DNA of 64,000 bases from Eledone cirrhosa (GCA_964016885.1 OZ024743.1:171368001-171432000), one strand, 5' to 3'; counted from the stretch's first letter, positions 12,507 through 26,338 are shown. The notes: a model not told the origin generated them from the letters alone. A program made the numbers and translations.

Positions 12507-14435
12507 TTACTTACCTTCCGGGCTCTTGTGAAGGTCGGGTTGTTCGACCACCATAGTTAGTGGGGTTTCTTTTGGGAACCCCTTTAAAAGTCTTGAAGTG
12601 GGTTTTACGTTCGGGGTTCCCACGTCCCGAGGAAAGCTGTCTCGTATTTCTTTGAATATGTCGAGCGACATTCGCACCAGAACCAAATCTTCCGGCACGC
12701 GAAATGTGCTCGATTTAAAAATTCCCCCCTCTTTTTGTATATTTTCACTTCGTGCTACGAGGGCCACCAGTTCCTTGTTGGCCCTCCTGACGAGCACGAA
12801 ATTTTTTATGTTTTGTTGGTGTGATTTTATTTGTTTGCGTGGCTGTGGTGGTGATGGTTTTGGTGGTGTTGTTTCGGTTGTATCTGTGTTTGTTGTGAGT
12901 GCGGTGTCTGTGGTTTCAGATGTTTGTGTGTATATTTGTTCTTGCGTCTGTTTCGGTTGTTCGCGTTTGGGGGATTCTGGTGATGGTGATGGTGGTGTTG
13001 ATGTTGGTGTTATTGGAGAGATGTTTGCGTGGGTGGTGTCTGCATTTTTTTTTTGTGGGTGCTTTTGTGCTTTGTTGAGTTTTTTTTTTCTTTTTGTGTT
13101 TATTTTTTTGTATTTTGGGGGATTTGGGATTTCCCTCATTTTCACTACTGGTAGATGAGGGGCCTGTGTCTGTAGTGAGTCTGTATGTATGTTTAAGGTT
13201 TTATTGGTGTGTGTATTTTTTGGGGAAGGGGGAATTTGACAGCTTTCCTCGTTTCCCCCCTGGGTGGTCAATGTTGGTGGTGGTCTTTCTATTGGTGTTG
13301 TTGTTGGTGGTGGTGGTTTTGCCGGTGCAGGTGTTGGTTGTGGTCCTCGCCCCGGCGTCGGCAGCAGTGGAGCCTTTCAACCCCTTGCCTCTTTCAGCAG
13401 TTGAGGGCAGAAGGCTCGCCTTTTGCCTTCGGTCATAATGTGAATGACAGTCCCATTCTGAAGGCGGATGTGGTCTGGGATTGTCTTCACATTCTCGGGC
13501 CTGATCTGGAGAAGGATCTCCAGGTCAACCCCGGACCAGTCCTCTCTGGCCGTTCTGGTCACTTCTATAGGGACTGTATCCGTCCCTTCCACAATAACAC
13601 ATCCCAGAAGCCACCACATGTCAAGTCCTGGTGGGATTCTGGGAATGCGGAGACGGGCCGTTCTTTTTCCCATGTGGGAGGGGTACATTATGACCTTGCT
13701 GGTTTTGCAAGGAGTCATAGCAAGGGCTTCTGACTTGAACAACACCGAAATGGTGCCGTACTGTCTGCCCCTCTCTATGTACTGGGTCTCTTCTCTGATG
13801 CACCTCAGCGCGACTTCGACATCTTCTTGTGGGATTAACGCTGCCCTTTTGGTTTGTGCTGAGATGCATCTATAATGCACCGTTTTGCGCTCCACTGCCT
13901 CAATAGCTTCTACCGGGACAGTTAAGTTGGCCCAAGTTTGCTCTTGCTTGATGAGCTTCCATGCCTGGGCCAACTTTTCATCTTTGTTTGAGAGGTCCAT
14001 GTTGAAGCATGGCCTCTTTTTTGCTGCTGCCGCAGCGAAAGTGGTCTTGTTTTCGTTGGTGTTGTTGACGTTGTTCTTGTTGGTGTTGTTGTTAGCACTG
14101 TCGCTGTTATCATTGTTGTCTTTGTTGCCACCGTTGTTCTCGGTGCAGTTGGTATTGTTGCTGTTGGTGTTGTCGCTATATGTTTTCATGTTAGTGGTGT
14201 TGATATTATTGTTGTATTTGTTTTTGTTATTTTGTTATCTGTATTTTCGTTGTCACTGTTACTGTCATTTTTTTCAAAATTAGAGTTCTTATTGGTATCA
14301 TTGGTGTCTTTGTTTACCTTGTTTGTGGTGGTGTTTGTGTTATCAATGTGTGTTAATTTCGCTGTGGCGCTCCTCTCAACTTTACGTCGTTGTCGCACGA
14401 CAGCCGACATATCGCTGGGGGCGTGGCTCAGCCAT
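12507..14435 (-). pseudogene. Tx1-2 ORF1, frameshifted
   Basis: Fragments 13377-14189 and 12507-13271 are homologous to Tx1-4 ORF1 (RG.QYG..SVLFKSE; LLKGFP...QPDL). Confidence 0.8.
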
Positions 14436-14640
14436 ATTTTTTTTCTTCGTAAATTTTTTAACATGTAAAAAAAAGTTAAAATATTTGGGCCAAAAGGCCC
14501 AATTATTATACTTTTCCCTTCACGGGGCAAAGTCTAAGGGCTTATATCCCTTACACAACAAAACATATTTAACAACAAATAATTTAAACAGGCAAATAAA
14601 GCGACTTACTGTGAGCGAGCAAAATACGTCCGCTTAGACC

Positions 14641-14670
<30 letters not shown>

Positions 14671-14673
<3 letters not shown>

Positions 14674-17600
14674 GAAAACGCACATGGTGGATATATATCG
14701 TTATGGAATCACTCCCGTAAGTTTTTGATTTTTACTTCTTTAAAACAACTGTGATAGAATAATTCTTATTACAAATGAACAATAAGATTACAGTTTTCAC
14801 GCTCAGCAAGCCATAACGCATCATTTAATATTTAATTTTGGATCAGAAATGTTATAGTTGAAAAAGAGGAAAATGGCAAAATGGCTAAATAGCTAAATGG
14901 CTAAGTGGACAGACAGAAAAATAATTTCACCACCAACACCACCACCGCCACCATCTCCACTACCACGCCAAAAACTCTAGTGAAGTTACCTCAACTTCTA
15001 TTTCTACTTCAACTTCAACACCATCACTACAGTACTACGATCACATCACCACCACCACTGCCTCATTATCACTACCGCCGCTATTCTCTCCCACTACCTC
15101 CTGCTAAGACATGCATCGTAGTGTCCCCACTAAAAGAGGAAGGCATTAAAAGATATAAATAGACTGATTTGATGACCCGGTCAAAAAATTCAAAAATCCA
15201 AAAATCAAAATCAAAGCAGCACAGCAACAACGAAAAACGTAAAGAAAATAAAAATAAAAAGAAAAACAAACAGACAGAGAAGAGAAAAGAAAAATTAAGT
15301 CAGACATTCAAACATTACATTACAATGAAACTTATGCTTATTCTTTTTTTTTTTTTTTACCAATTTGTTTGTTTGTTTATTTATGTTCGTCTACATCGTG
15401 ATAGTGCCACACAAAAATCACCGGGAGTGATGAAATCACCGGTGGTTATGTAACCATACATTCACCAATCCTCGATAAGAGTGTTTAAATGTCGAACCTA
15501 AACAGTTCGGATAACGGTGAAGTGGAGACTAGAATGTCATGTGACAGACTCTCACCCAGCAGGTGCTCCCTGGCTCAGCAGCAGGGATCTGGCTGTCAAC
15601 AAAATACTGCTGGTGTCGGAGGAAGAAGAAGAAGGAAAGGGACCAGAACCAACTGGACGAAAGAATTGAATAGAACTGTTATGCAATGTTACCTGAAGAG
15701 TAATCCCAAGGAGAAAGGCTATAGCAAACGGATGCATAACATCTGGAACGAGATTGGTCTATTTAAATTAGATGAACAAAAATTGGCCGGGCAGGCTCGG
15801 GTAATAAGAACTAATGGGTGGATAAGCGAGCTGGAACTGGAGGAACTGAGTAGAGAGATTAGGTTGGAAATGGAGAGTGGAGTATGCCAGGCAAACGAGC
15901 CAGTGGGAAATGAAGGTGAAGAGGTTGAGAGAACGGAGGAAGCATCCGAAGAAGACAATGATCTGAATGCTGAAATAAATAATACCTGGAACAAAGATAC
16001 GGCCATTGAGGAGATGAATGCTGACAGGCTAGGCCAAGATTTGGTTGATATCCTAAACTTAGTGGTAGATGAATTGAACAATGATAGTGGGAAACCTATG
16101 AACCTAAGATTTGTAGACAGGAAAAAGTTAAAAGAAACAACAACTAAGGTAAACAAAGTCATCCCATACCTTGAGGCAAGGAACCTTCACCAGTGCAACA
16201 ATATCCTCAAAGCAACGGCAAATGCGGTGAGGAAATTACTTGGCATAAAAGCGAGAGGAAACAACAAACAAGAAAGATCAGAGCCTTGGTGGAAGAAACG
16301 ACTTAATGGTCAAATCAGGGAAATGAGAAATGACATTGGAAAGCTTGAGTCCCTACTGAATGGGACATTACAAAATATAGACACAAAAATAGACTGGAAA
16401 TAAAGTACAAAACTAGGAGGAAAAAGCTAAATATTATCATAGAGGAACTGAAACAACGCATTGTAGCAAAGAGTGCAAAAATTAGGTGATACGAGAGCAG
16501 AGTCAGTCAGTATAGACAGAACCGCATGTTTGACAACAACCAGAAGATGCTGTTTTGACAGCTTGAAGGGAAAGAAAGAGGCAACGACTTGATCCCTGAG
16601 GCAGAACAAATTAAGACCTTCTGGAGAGGAATATGGGAGCAGGATGTTAAACATAATGACCAGGCAGTGTGAATTGAGACAGTACAAAAGGAGATTAGTG
16701 AACAGGCACACCAACAAACTGATTTTAGTATCACAGTTGAAACTCTTAAGGGGCAGGCCAAAAAACTAACCAACTGGAAATCACCAGGCCCAGATGATGT
16801 GCAGGGGTATTGGATTAAAAATATAACATCCCTCCACCCGAAACTGACAACCATGTTCAATGACTGCTTGATGTCAGGTGAGGTACCAAAGTGGTTGACA
16901 AAAGGCACCACAGTTCTGGTAATGAAAGACCGAATCAAGGGTAATGATGTTACCAACTATAGACCTATCACATGTCTGTCCGTAATGTGGAAACTGCTGA
17001 CAAGCATTATGTCTGAGGAAATCTACCATCACCTCCACACAAAGAAATTATTACCGGACGAACAGAAAGGATGCCGAAAGAAGTCCCGTGGTACAAAGGA
17101 ACAGTTACTTATTGATAAGATGGTAATGAGGAATTGCAATTGGAGACACACTGGTCTTGCCATGGGATGGATAGACTACAAAAAGGCATTTGACATGGTG
17201 CCTCATTCTTGGATCACCAAAAGCCTAGAGATCTTCAGGGTGGCAGATAACATCAGGCAGTTGTTGAGCAAAAGTATGAATTCCTGGAAAACAGTTAACA
17301 TCAGCAAGAGAATCCTTGGGAGGCGTGAAGATCAAGAGAGGTATCTTCCAGGGAGATAGTCTGTCCCCTCTGTTGTTTGTCCTTGCCCTGATGCCCCTGA
17401 CCATTATACTGCGAAAAGTGAGAGCAGGATACAAGTTGGGAAAGGGAGAGCTTACCATCAATCACCTCCTCTTCATGGACGATCTTAAGCTCTTCGGGAA
17501 GAGTGAGAAGGAGTTGGATGTGCTTGTTGACACTCTCCGTATTTTCAGCAATGATATATGTATGCAATTTGGTATTAGTAAGTGCGGAGTCCTTGTGATG

Positions 17601-18280
17601 AAGAGGGGGTAAATTGAGCAGAAGCAACGGAATCCGGGTACCAACAGGTGACATGATAAAGGAAATTGACACTGAAGAAGGATTCAAGTATATGGGTGTT
17701 CTGGAGGCTGATGACATCAAGAACAAAAAAATGAAGGAATTGTTAAGAACTGAATACATTCGGAGAGTAAGGAGCGTATTAAAGTCACATCTGAACAGTA
17801 GGAATGCCATAAATGCAGTAAATTCCCGAGCTGTGTCTATTATTAGGTACAGTGCAGAAATTCTGAGATGGAATGTTGCTGAACAAAAAGAAATGGATAG
17901 GAAGACTAGGAAGCTATTGACTATCTACAACATGTTCCACAAAAGGAGTGATGTCGATAGACTCTACTTAAGGAGATCTGAGGGTGGACGAGGCCTTATC
18001 AGCATAGAGGACTGTGTTCAGATTGAGAAAAACAACCTACACAAATACGTGACTGATAGTAAGGAGCTTATGCTCAGAATTGTACTGAAGGAGAGGACAA
18101 TAGACCAGGGGATGTCCAAGGAGGAAATAACAACAAGGAGAAGGAGCAGCCTTCATGAAAAATCCCATCTTTGAGAAAACTGAATTTAGAGATCCACAGA
18201 CATGGAACTGGTTAAAAAGAGGAGACATTAAAAAGGCTACAGAAGGAATGCTAATGGCTGCGCAAGAGCAGGCCCTCAGA
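14671..18280 (+). mobile_element. R4/Dong-clade element A: ~820-bp leader plus disrupted ORF from 15489, 3'-truncated
   Basis: Myb-like N-terminus (WTKELNRTVMQCY), PWWKKRL, NYRPITCL, QKGCRK, DYKKAFDMVPHSW, GIFQGDSLSP, LFMDD; begins right after (AAT)10. Confidence 0.9.
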
Positions 18281-20247
18281 AAACTGGAGGAACTGAGCAG
18301 AGAGATAAATTTGGAAATGGAGAGTGGAGTATGTCAGGCAAACGAGCCAGTGGTAAATGAAGGTGAAGAGGTTGAGAGACCCGAGGAAGCATCCGAAGCA
18401 GACAATGCTGAAATAAATAACATCTGGAACAAAGATACGGCCATTGAGGAAATGAATGCTGACGGGCTAGGACAAGATTTGGTTGATATCCTGAACTTAG
18501 TGGTAGATGAAATTAACAATGATAGTGGAAAACCTATGAACCTAAGATTTGTAGACAGGAAAAAGTTAAAAGAAACAACAGCTAAGGTAAACAAAAACAT
18601 CCCATACCTTGGGGCGAGGACCCTTCACCAATGCAACAATATCCTCAAAGCAACAGAAAATGCGGTGAGGAAATTACTTGGCATAAAAACGAGAGGAAAC
18701 AACAAACAAGAAAGATCAGAACCTTGGTGGAAGAAACGACTGAATGGTCAAATCAAGGAAATGAGAAAAGACATTGGAAAGCTTGAGTCCCTACTGAATG
18801 GGACATTACAAAACATAGACACTAAAAATAGACTGGAAATAAAGCACAAAACTAGGAGGAAAAAGCTAAATATTATCATAGAGGAACTGAAGCACGCATT
18901 GTAGCAAAAAGTGCAAATATTAGGCGGTATGAGGGTAGAGTCAATCAGTATAGATAGAAACGCATGTTTGACAACAACCAGAAGATGTTTGGACAGCTTG
19001 AAGGGAAAGAAAGAGGCAACAACTTGATCCCTGAGGCGGAACGGACTAAGACATTCTGGAGAGGAATATGGGAGATGGATGTTAAACATAATGATCAGGC
19101 AGTGTGGATTGAGACAGTACAAAAGGAGATTAGTGAACAAGCACACCAACAAACGGATTTAAGTGTCACAGTTGAAACTCTTAAAGGGCAGGCCAAAACA
19201 CTAACCAACTTGAAATCACCAGGCCCAAATGGTGTACAGGGGTATTGGATTAAACATATAACATCCCTCCACCCGAAACTGACAACCATGTTCAATGACT
19301 GCTTGATGTCGGGTGAGGTATCAGAGTGGTTGACAAAAGGTACCACAGTTCTGGTAATGAAAGATTGAATCAAGCGTAATGATGTTAACAACTATAGACC
19401 TAACATATGTCTCTCTGTAATGTGGAAACTATTAACAAGCATTGTGTCTCAGGAAATCTACCATCACCTCCACATAAACAACTTGTTACCGGACGAACAG
19501 AAAGGATGCCGAAAGAAATCCCGTGGTACAAAAGGCCAAAGGTATGAAGTCCGGGAAAACAGAGTTACCATCGGCTGAAGAATCCTTGGGAGGCGTGAAG
19601 ATCAAGAGAGCTATCTTCCAGGGAGTTAGTTTGTCCCCTCTGTTGTTTGTCCTTGCCCGGATACCCCTGACCATTATATTGCGAAAAGTGAGAGCAGGAT
19701 ACAAGTTGGGAAAAGGAGAGCTTACCATCAACCACCTCCTCAGCAATGATATATGTATGGAATGTTGTATTAATAAGTGTGGAGTCCTTGTGATGAAAGG
19801 GGGTAAATTGAGCAGAAGCAACGGAATCTAGGTACCAACAAGAAACTGGAACACAATAGACCTGACCTGGTGGTTGTGGACAAAGAAAAAAGATCGTGCT
19901 TGATTGTGGATGTGGCCTGCCCATTCGACACGAGAATGCAAGAGAAGGAGAGGGAGAAAATTAACCGATACCAGGACTTAAAGTGGGAGGTAAAAAGGAT
20001 TTGAAACTGCCATGAAGTCAAAGTGGTCCCGATTGTCATAGGCGCACTAGGCACTATCTCAAAAAGTTTCCATGGATGGTTAAAGAAAATTGGCCCCTTC
20101 ACGCTTTTTGGAAGCTTCAAAAGGCATGCTTGCTGGAAACAGCAAGAACCCTCCGATACGTCCTGAATATCTGAGGCTGCAGGTAGTGGCTTGATATTCA
20201 TTTCGACAAACTTTCCAGTTAACTAACATCAATGACTGAGACTCAAA

Positions 20248-20248
<1 letters not shown>
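18281..20248 (+). mobile_element. R4/Dong element B, internally deleted, 3' end intact
   Basis: Restarts at LEELSRE; deletions near 19535, 19741 and 19840; ends ...aatgactgagactcaaag plus (AAT)15. Confidence 0.9.
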
Positions 20249-20293
<45 letters not shown>

Positions 20294-22772
20294 TATCATA
20301 GAGGAATTGAAGCAACGCATTGTAGCAAAGAGTGCAAAAATCAGGCGATACGAGAACAGAGTCAGTCAGTATAAACAGAACCGCATGTTCGACAACAACC
20401 AGAAGATGCTGTTTGGACAGCTTGAGGGGAAAGAAAGAGGCAACGACTTGATCCCTGGGGCGGAACAAACTAAAACATTCTGGAGAGGAATATGGGAGCA
20501 GGATGTTAGACACAATGCCCAGGCAGGGTGGATTGAGACAGTACAGAGGGAGATCGGTGAGCAGGCACAGCAACAGACTGATTTGAGTATCACAGTTGAA
20601 ACTCTTAAGGGGCAAGCCAAAAAACTAACCAACTGGAAATCACCAGGCCCAGATGGTGTGCAGGGGTATTGGATTAAACATTTAACATCCCTCCACCCGA
20701 AGCTGACGGCCATGTTCAATGACTGCTTGGTGTCGGGTGAGGTGCCAGAGTGGTTGACAAAAGGTACCACAGTTCTGATCATGAAAGACCGAATCAAGGG
20801 TAATGATGTTACCAACTATAGACCTATCACATGTCTGCCCGTAATGTGGAAACTGTTGACGAGCATTGTGTCTGAGGAAATCTACCATCACCTCCACACA
20901 AACAACTTGTTACCGGACGAACAGAAAGGATGCCGAAAGAAGTCACGTGGTACAAAGGACCAGTTGCTTATTGATAAGATGGTAATGGGGAATTGCAGGA
21001 GGAGACACACTGATCTTGCCATGGGATGGATAAACTACAGAAAGGCATTTGACATGGTGCCTCATTCCTGGATCACCAAAAGCCTGGAGATCTTCGGGGT
21101 GGCGGATAACATCAGACAGTTGCTGGGCAGGAGTATGGGGTCCTGGGAGACAGAGTTGACATCAACTGGAGTACCCTTGGGAAGCGTGAAGATCAAGAGA
21201 GGTATCTTCCAGGGAGATAGCCTGTCCCCTCTGTTGTTTGTCCTTGCCCTGATGCCCTTGACCATTATGCTGCGAAAAGTGAGAGCAGGATACAAGTTGG
21301 GAAGGGGAGAGCTTACCATCAATCACCTCCTCTTCATGGACGATCTTAAGCTCTTCGGGAAAAGTGAGAAGGAGTTGGATGTGCTTGTTGACACTGTCCG
21401 TATTTTCAGCAGTGATATATGTATGCAGTTTGGTATTGGTAAATGTGGAGTCATTGTGATGAAGAGGGGTATGTTGAGCAGAAGTAACGGGATCCAGATA
21501 CCAACAGGTGAGATGATAAAGGAAATTGACTCTGAGGAAGGATACAAGTATTTGGGCGTTCTGGAGGCTGATGGCATAAAGAACAAAAAAATGAAGGAAT
21601 TGTTAAGAACTGAATACATTCGGAGAGTAAGGAGCGTATTAAAGTCACATCTGAACAGCAGAAATGCCATAAGCGCAGTAAATTCCCGAGCTGTGTCTAT
21701 TATTAGGTACAGTGCGGGAATTCTGAGATGGAATGTTGCTGAACAAAAAGAAATGGATAGGAAGACTAGGAAGCTATTGACTATCTACAACATGTTCCAC
21801 AAGAGGAGTGATGTCGATAGACTCTACCTAAGGAGATCTGAGGGTGGAAGAGGTCTTATCAGCATAGAGGACTGTGTTCAGATGGAGAAAAACAACCTAT
21901 ACAAATACGTGACCTATAGTAAGGAGCCAATGCTCAGAACTGTACTGAAGGAGGGGACAGTAGGCCAGGGGATGTCCAAGGAGGAAATAACATCAAGGAG
22001 GAAGAGCAGCCTTAAGGGAAAATCCCTTCATAGTACCTTCTTTGAGAAAACTGAATTTAGAGATCCACAGACATGGAACTGGTTGAGAAGAGGAGACCTC
22101 AAAAAGGCTACAGAAGGAATGTTAATGGCTGCGCAGGAGCAGGCCCTCAAAACGAACTGGTTGAAGCACCATATCTACAAGGAGGAGGCTATCCCACTGT
22201 GCAGGATCTGTGGAGAGAGAGAGGAGACTGTGGCTCACATTGTGTCCGAGTGCAAACACCTAGCCCAGACCCACTATAAGGGCTGGAGACACGATGTGAT
22301 GGGCAGGGTGATCCACTGGCACCTGTGCAAAGTAAAAAATTTACCACATTCTGAGAAATGGTATGAGCATAGGCCAGAGGCGGTGATGGAGAACAATCAG
22401 GTGAAGGTGCTGTGGGATTTTAGGATACAGACGGACAAAAAACTGGAACACAATAGACCTGACCTGGTGGTTGTGGACAAAGAAAAAAGAACGTGTCTGA
22501 TGGTGGATGTGGCCTGCCCGTTCGACACGAGAGTGCAAGAGAAGGAGAGGGAGAAAATTAACCGATACCAGGACCTAAAGTGGGAGGTGAAAAGGATTTG
22601 GAACTGCCATGAAGTCAAAGTGATCCCGATTGTCATAGGCGCAGTGGGGACTATCTCCAAAAGTTTCCAGGGATGGTTAAAGAAAATCGGCCCCTTCACG
22701 CTTTTTGGAACGCTTCAAAAGGCATGCTTGCTTGGAACAGCAAGAGCCCTCCGATACGTCCTGAATATCTGA
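20232..22772 (+). CDS. R4/Dong polyprotein remnant: RT + CCHC knuckle + restriction-like endonuclease; open frame, N-terminal poly-Ile comes from the microsatellite
   Basis: GIFQGDSLSP, HLLFMDDL, CRICGEREETVAHIVSEC, RHD, RPDLVVVD..VDVACP, K..RY.DL. Confidence 0.9.
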
Positions 22773-22846
22773 GGCTGCAGGTAGTGGCTTGATATTCAAT
22801 CCAACGGACTTTCCAGTTAACCAACATCAATGACTGAGATTCAAGG
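20294..22846 (+). mobile_element. R4/Dong element C, 5'-truncated, young copy between (AAT)n tracts
   Basis: (AAT)15 on the left and an (AAT)n tract at 22847-22897 on the right; uninterrupted ORF. Confidence 0.95.
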
Positions 22847-22855
22847 AATAACAAC

Positions 22856-22898
<43 letters not shown>

Positions 22899-23159
22899 GT
22901 TTCTTTATTGGCTACAAGGGCTAACATGAAGAAAATCATTACAGACAGCACAGGACGGTACAGGACGATATAAAGTGGGTTTTGGCCGTGTAAAAAACGT
23001 TATAACAAGAAGATATAAATATTAAACAAATTCAAACAACAAAAATTCCCCAATAGGGGGGAAATTTACGAGGGTCACTCGTGGCGAAAACCACAAAAAA
23101 GACCACGGCCACCCTAATCACCAGGGCAAGCGCCCTCTCTCAGTTTTCCACTCCTTAGT

Positions 23160-26100
23160 CTAGAGGCGCATACTCAGAGCGGGCCCGTTCACTCGGACCA
23201 GAATCGCTACTTTCACCTACCTTTCAACAAACTTACTAGAAGACAACACTTGTCTCTCCACCCTGATTTTCCTCTTCGAGTGAAATTTGAGAAAGTTAAT
23301 CAGGGATTCGCCGAAGAGGAAAGTGTCCGGTTTCAATCCTTTCAATCTTGTCCACCATACAATCTTTTTCGCCATGGCCACCAGGCACATGAAAACTGCC
23401 TGCCCTTCCTCCTCCTTAATGGAGGACGGTGGGGCTACCTGCACAAAGAACTCAGTCGATAACCGGATCCGTCCTACACGTGACAGCAAATGTTCGACAT
23501 AGCTCCACAAGTCAGCAATGCTCGGACACTGAACGAGTGCGTGCACAACGGTTTCGTCGCTCTGTGCGCATCTCGGACAGGTTCGGCTAACGGCACTTCC
23601 GTGCCTGTAGAGCTTATCTCGAACCAGCAACGCTCCCCGGTAGCACTGGTAAGCCAGGGATTTCTGGACGTTGTCCATAGACCCCGGGCTGAAGATTCTC
23701 TTGAAGAGAGTAAACAGCTGATCGTCTCCAACGTCTGGTAAACGGTGACCACACCTGTTCACCGTCAAGGAAACACCAGAGATGTCACAGCCTCAGCGCG
23801 TGTTTACGCATCATCAGCCACCACATTCCCAGCCCTCCACGCAACGGGTGTTGACAGCAGAGGGATCGTCTGACCGTGGCAACACATCCCTTTCATAAAA
23901 AGCGGAAGAGAAGGCGCTCTATTTTTGTCAGAGTTGGGCCGGGGCATGGCACAACGGTTAGGCGGTAGCAGATGACGAATGCGATGAACGCATTCGCCAC
24001 CTCTGCCCGACCTTTCAGGGACAGCTTCTCTCAGCCCATTTCTGGGTAAGAGAAGCCACCCTGTTCGTCACCTCGCTCCAGTTTTTCCCCATCTGGAGGT
24101 CCGGACCGAACCAGACCCCGAGAAATTTAACTGGTCCTTTCGTCTACCTCCCCACGACGCTGTAGGGCGACATGGACTTGCCTCTCCAGGTGCCGAGCTG
24201 CAAACCCACCGACTTTTCCTTGTTTAACTTTGCTCCTGTCACTGCTTCATATTCCTTGAGCGCGGTGCCGAGCATCTGGACATGTCCGGTGTTTAACACC
24301 ACCACGGTGACGTCGTCGGCGTAAGCCGATACGGATCTCTCTCATCCAAGTTGACGTGGGACGTCTCTCATCACGTCCAATATGTGCAGTAACGGCTTTA
24401 GGGCCAATATGTACAAGAGTGACGAGAGGGGACAACCCTGACGGACCGAGCGCATGGTGTTGAACGGCTGTACAGATGACCGTTCACCTTCACAACTGAG
24501 CAGCGTTCCAACCCCTTAAAATGGGCCTGAAACCAGCCACCTCGAGGACCGCCGCTAGGTACCACTGGTCGACCCTATCAAATGCCTTAGATTGATCCAA
24601 GTTTATCAGGGCTCTACCCGTTCCAGGTTCCTTAACCACCCTCTCTATGATGTATCGCATGAGGCGGAGGTTGTCGTGGATGGATCTGTCCGGAATGGCG
24701 CATCTCTGAGCCTCTCCTACCAGATTACCGACGACAAGCGCCAATCTCGTTGCTAACACCTTGGCCAAAATCTTGAAATCTGTGTGTTAACAGAGTTATG
24801 GGCCTGAAGTTGTCTATAACGTGCCCTTTGTTCAGGTCTTTTCTCAACAGCGCCACCACCCCCCGGCTCACGTAACTTGGAATGCTCCCGTTCTGCTGCC
24901 AGTTGCAGTAGACGTCTGCCAAGAGGTCGCTGAACAAGTCTGGCATGTACGCATAAAGCTCGTAGGGCAGACCCTCCAAACCTGGCGATTTACCCCCCCC
25001 CCCCGGGCAGTCAGACATCGCTTCCCGTATTTCACCGGTTGTTATCGGCTTTTCGCAATACTGCACTGCGGTCGTCGAGAGCTGCGGCAGTCCCTCGAGT
25101 TATGTACTAGAGTTCATATTCCGATCTGGCCCGCCGCCGCTCCCAAATGGTTGAGCAAACTGCTGCTGAAAAGCCTCATATATCTGATCGGGTTCGAGTA
25201 ACATGTGCTCGTTTTGGTCAGGCAAGAATTGAATTGTGGCTTTGTGGCCACGTCGCGCCTCCACCACCCGGGCCCATTGGACAGCTTTTGTCGCCTCTTG
25301 TCTCAGTGCACGCGCTCTAGCTCTGACAACGCAGATTTCGTGCTTTGCATTGAAGAATTGGTCGAGTGCCAATCTTGCCGCAAGCAAGTTGGTTGCGATG
25401 CCTGTCCTAAACGCCTCTTCTAGCTTTTTAACTAGCTCTCCTTCTACTTTATTTTCCTCTATCTTTACTCCTTTTCTAAACTTTATTGATTCTACTCTAA
25501 TTGCCCTTTTCAGAGTAAACCACCATCTGTTGTTGACGATCGCAAACGTCAACTCACGCTTAAGTAATTCGCTTATTCGGTCTTTGTAAGCTTTGCGCGC
25601 CGGGAAAGACGCGTTCAGCATCCAGGAACCGGCTCCTTGCCTATGAAGTCTATCAAGGTCGACTTAACAGATCACAAATTTGTGGTCCGTCTAGCCGACT
25701 ACTTTAAATTGTGGACAACCTACGCTAGCCTTTTCTGTTTCCCTACAGAATACCCTATCTAGATACGATCTAGATGACCCGATGCGGTTTGCCCATGTCC
25801 ACATTGGCACATTCGGATAATCCAGTCGATACCTATCAGACAGTTGAAAACGTCTGAGCAGGTTGGTGAGGCTTTTACATCCTCCTCCCTTATTTACTAG
25901 CCCCACATAATCCCAGCATGCATCTAAGATACCGTTCCAGTCACCCACTAACACCAAAGAGCGGGACGTTCCAAGAAAGGTCTCTAGACGCCTGAAGAAA
26001 TTTGTTGGGGCGTAGACGGCTACTAGCCTGAAAACATTGCCTCGTTGCCGGTCACGTGCAGTACTACCTTCTGGGTCCAGGAAGATTGTTCGTATGGTGA

Positions 26101-26338
26101 GATCCAAGCCTCTCCGAAAAAGCACAGCAACTCCGCCCCCCGCTCCCGGGCGGCTGGGAGAAGCGTATACATCGTAGCCGCCGAAGTTCGGTGCGAAGTC
26201 TCGGGCTTCGGAAATTCTGGTCACACTGATAGCCACCACATCTATGTTTAGTGACGTGAGATCGTTAAGCAGGTGGCTTTGCTTCCAAGATGCCCCCAGA
26301 CCACGTACATTTATACTGCCTATTCTAAGTAAGGCCAT
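23160..26338 (-). pseudogene. Tx1-3 ORF2, disrupted
   Basis: MALLRIGSINVRGL, GDWN, KSPGLEGLP, DQSKAFDRV, CPRCAQSDETVVHALVQC. Confidence 0.9.

Larger units (their letters stand above)
8765..14640 (-). mobile_element. Tx1-clade copy 2, full length, flanked by (AAT)n on both sides
   Basis: 3' end ...ccttgtggttAATAAAgaaaacaaaac then (ATT)6; 5' end abuts (AAT)10 at 14641-14670; ORF1 and ORF2 present. Confidence 0.95.

Noticed and set aside
15400-15488. HDV-like or twister ribozyme upstream of the Dong ATG
   Set aside because: Some pairing is possible but I could not fit the required pseudoknot or conserved core by eye.
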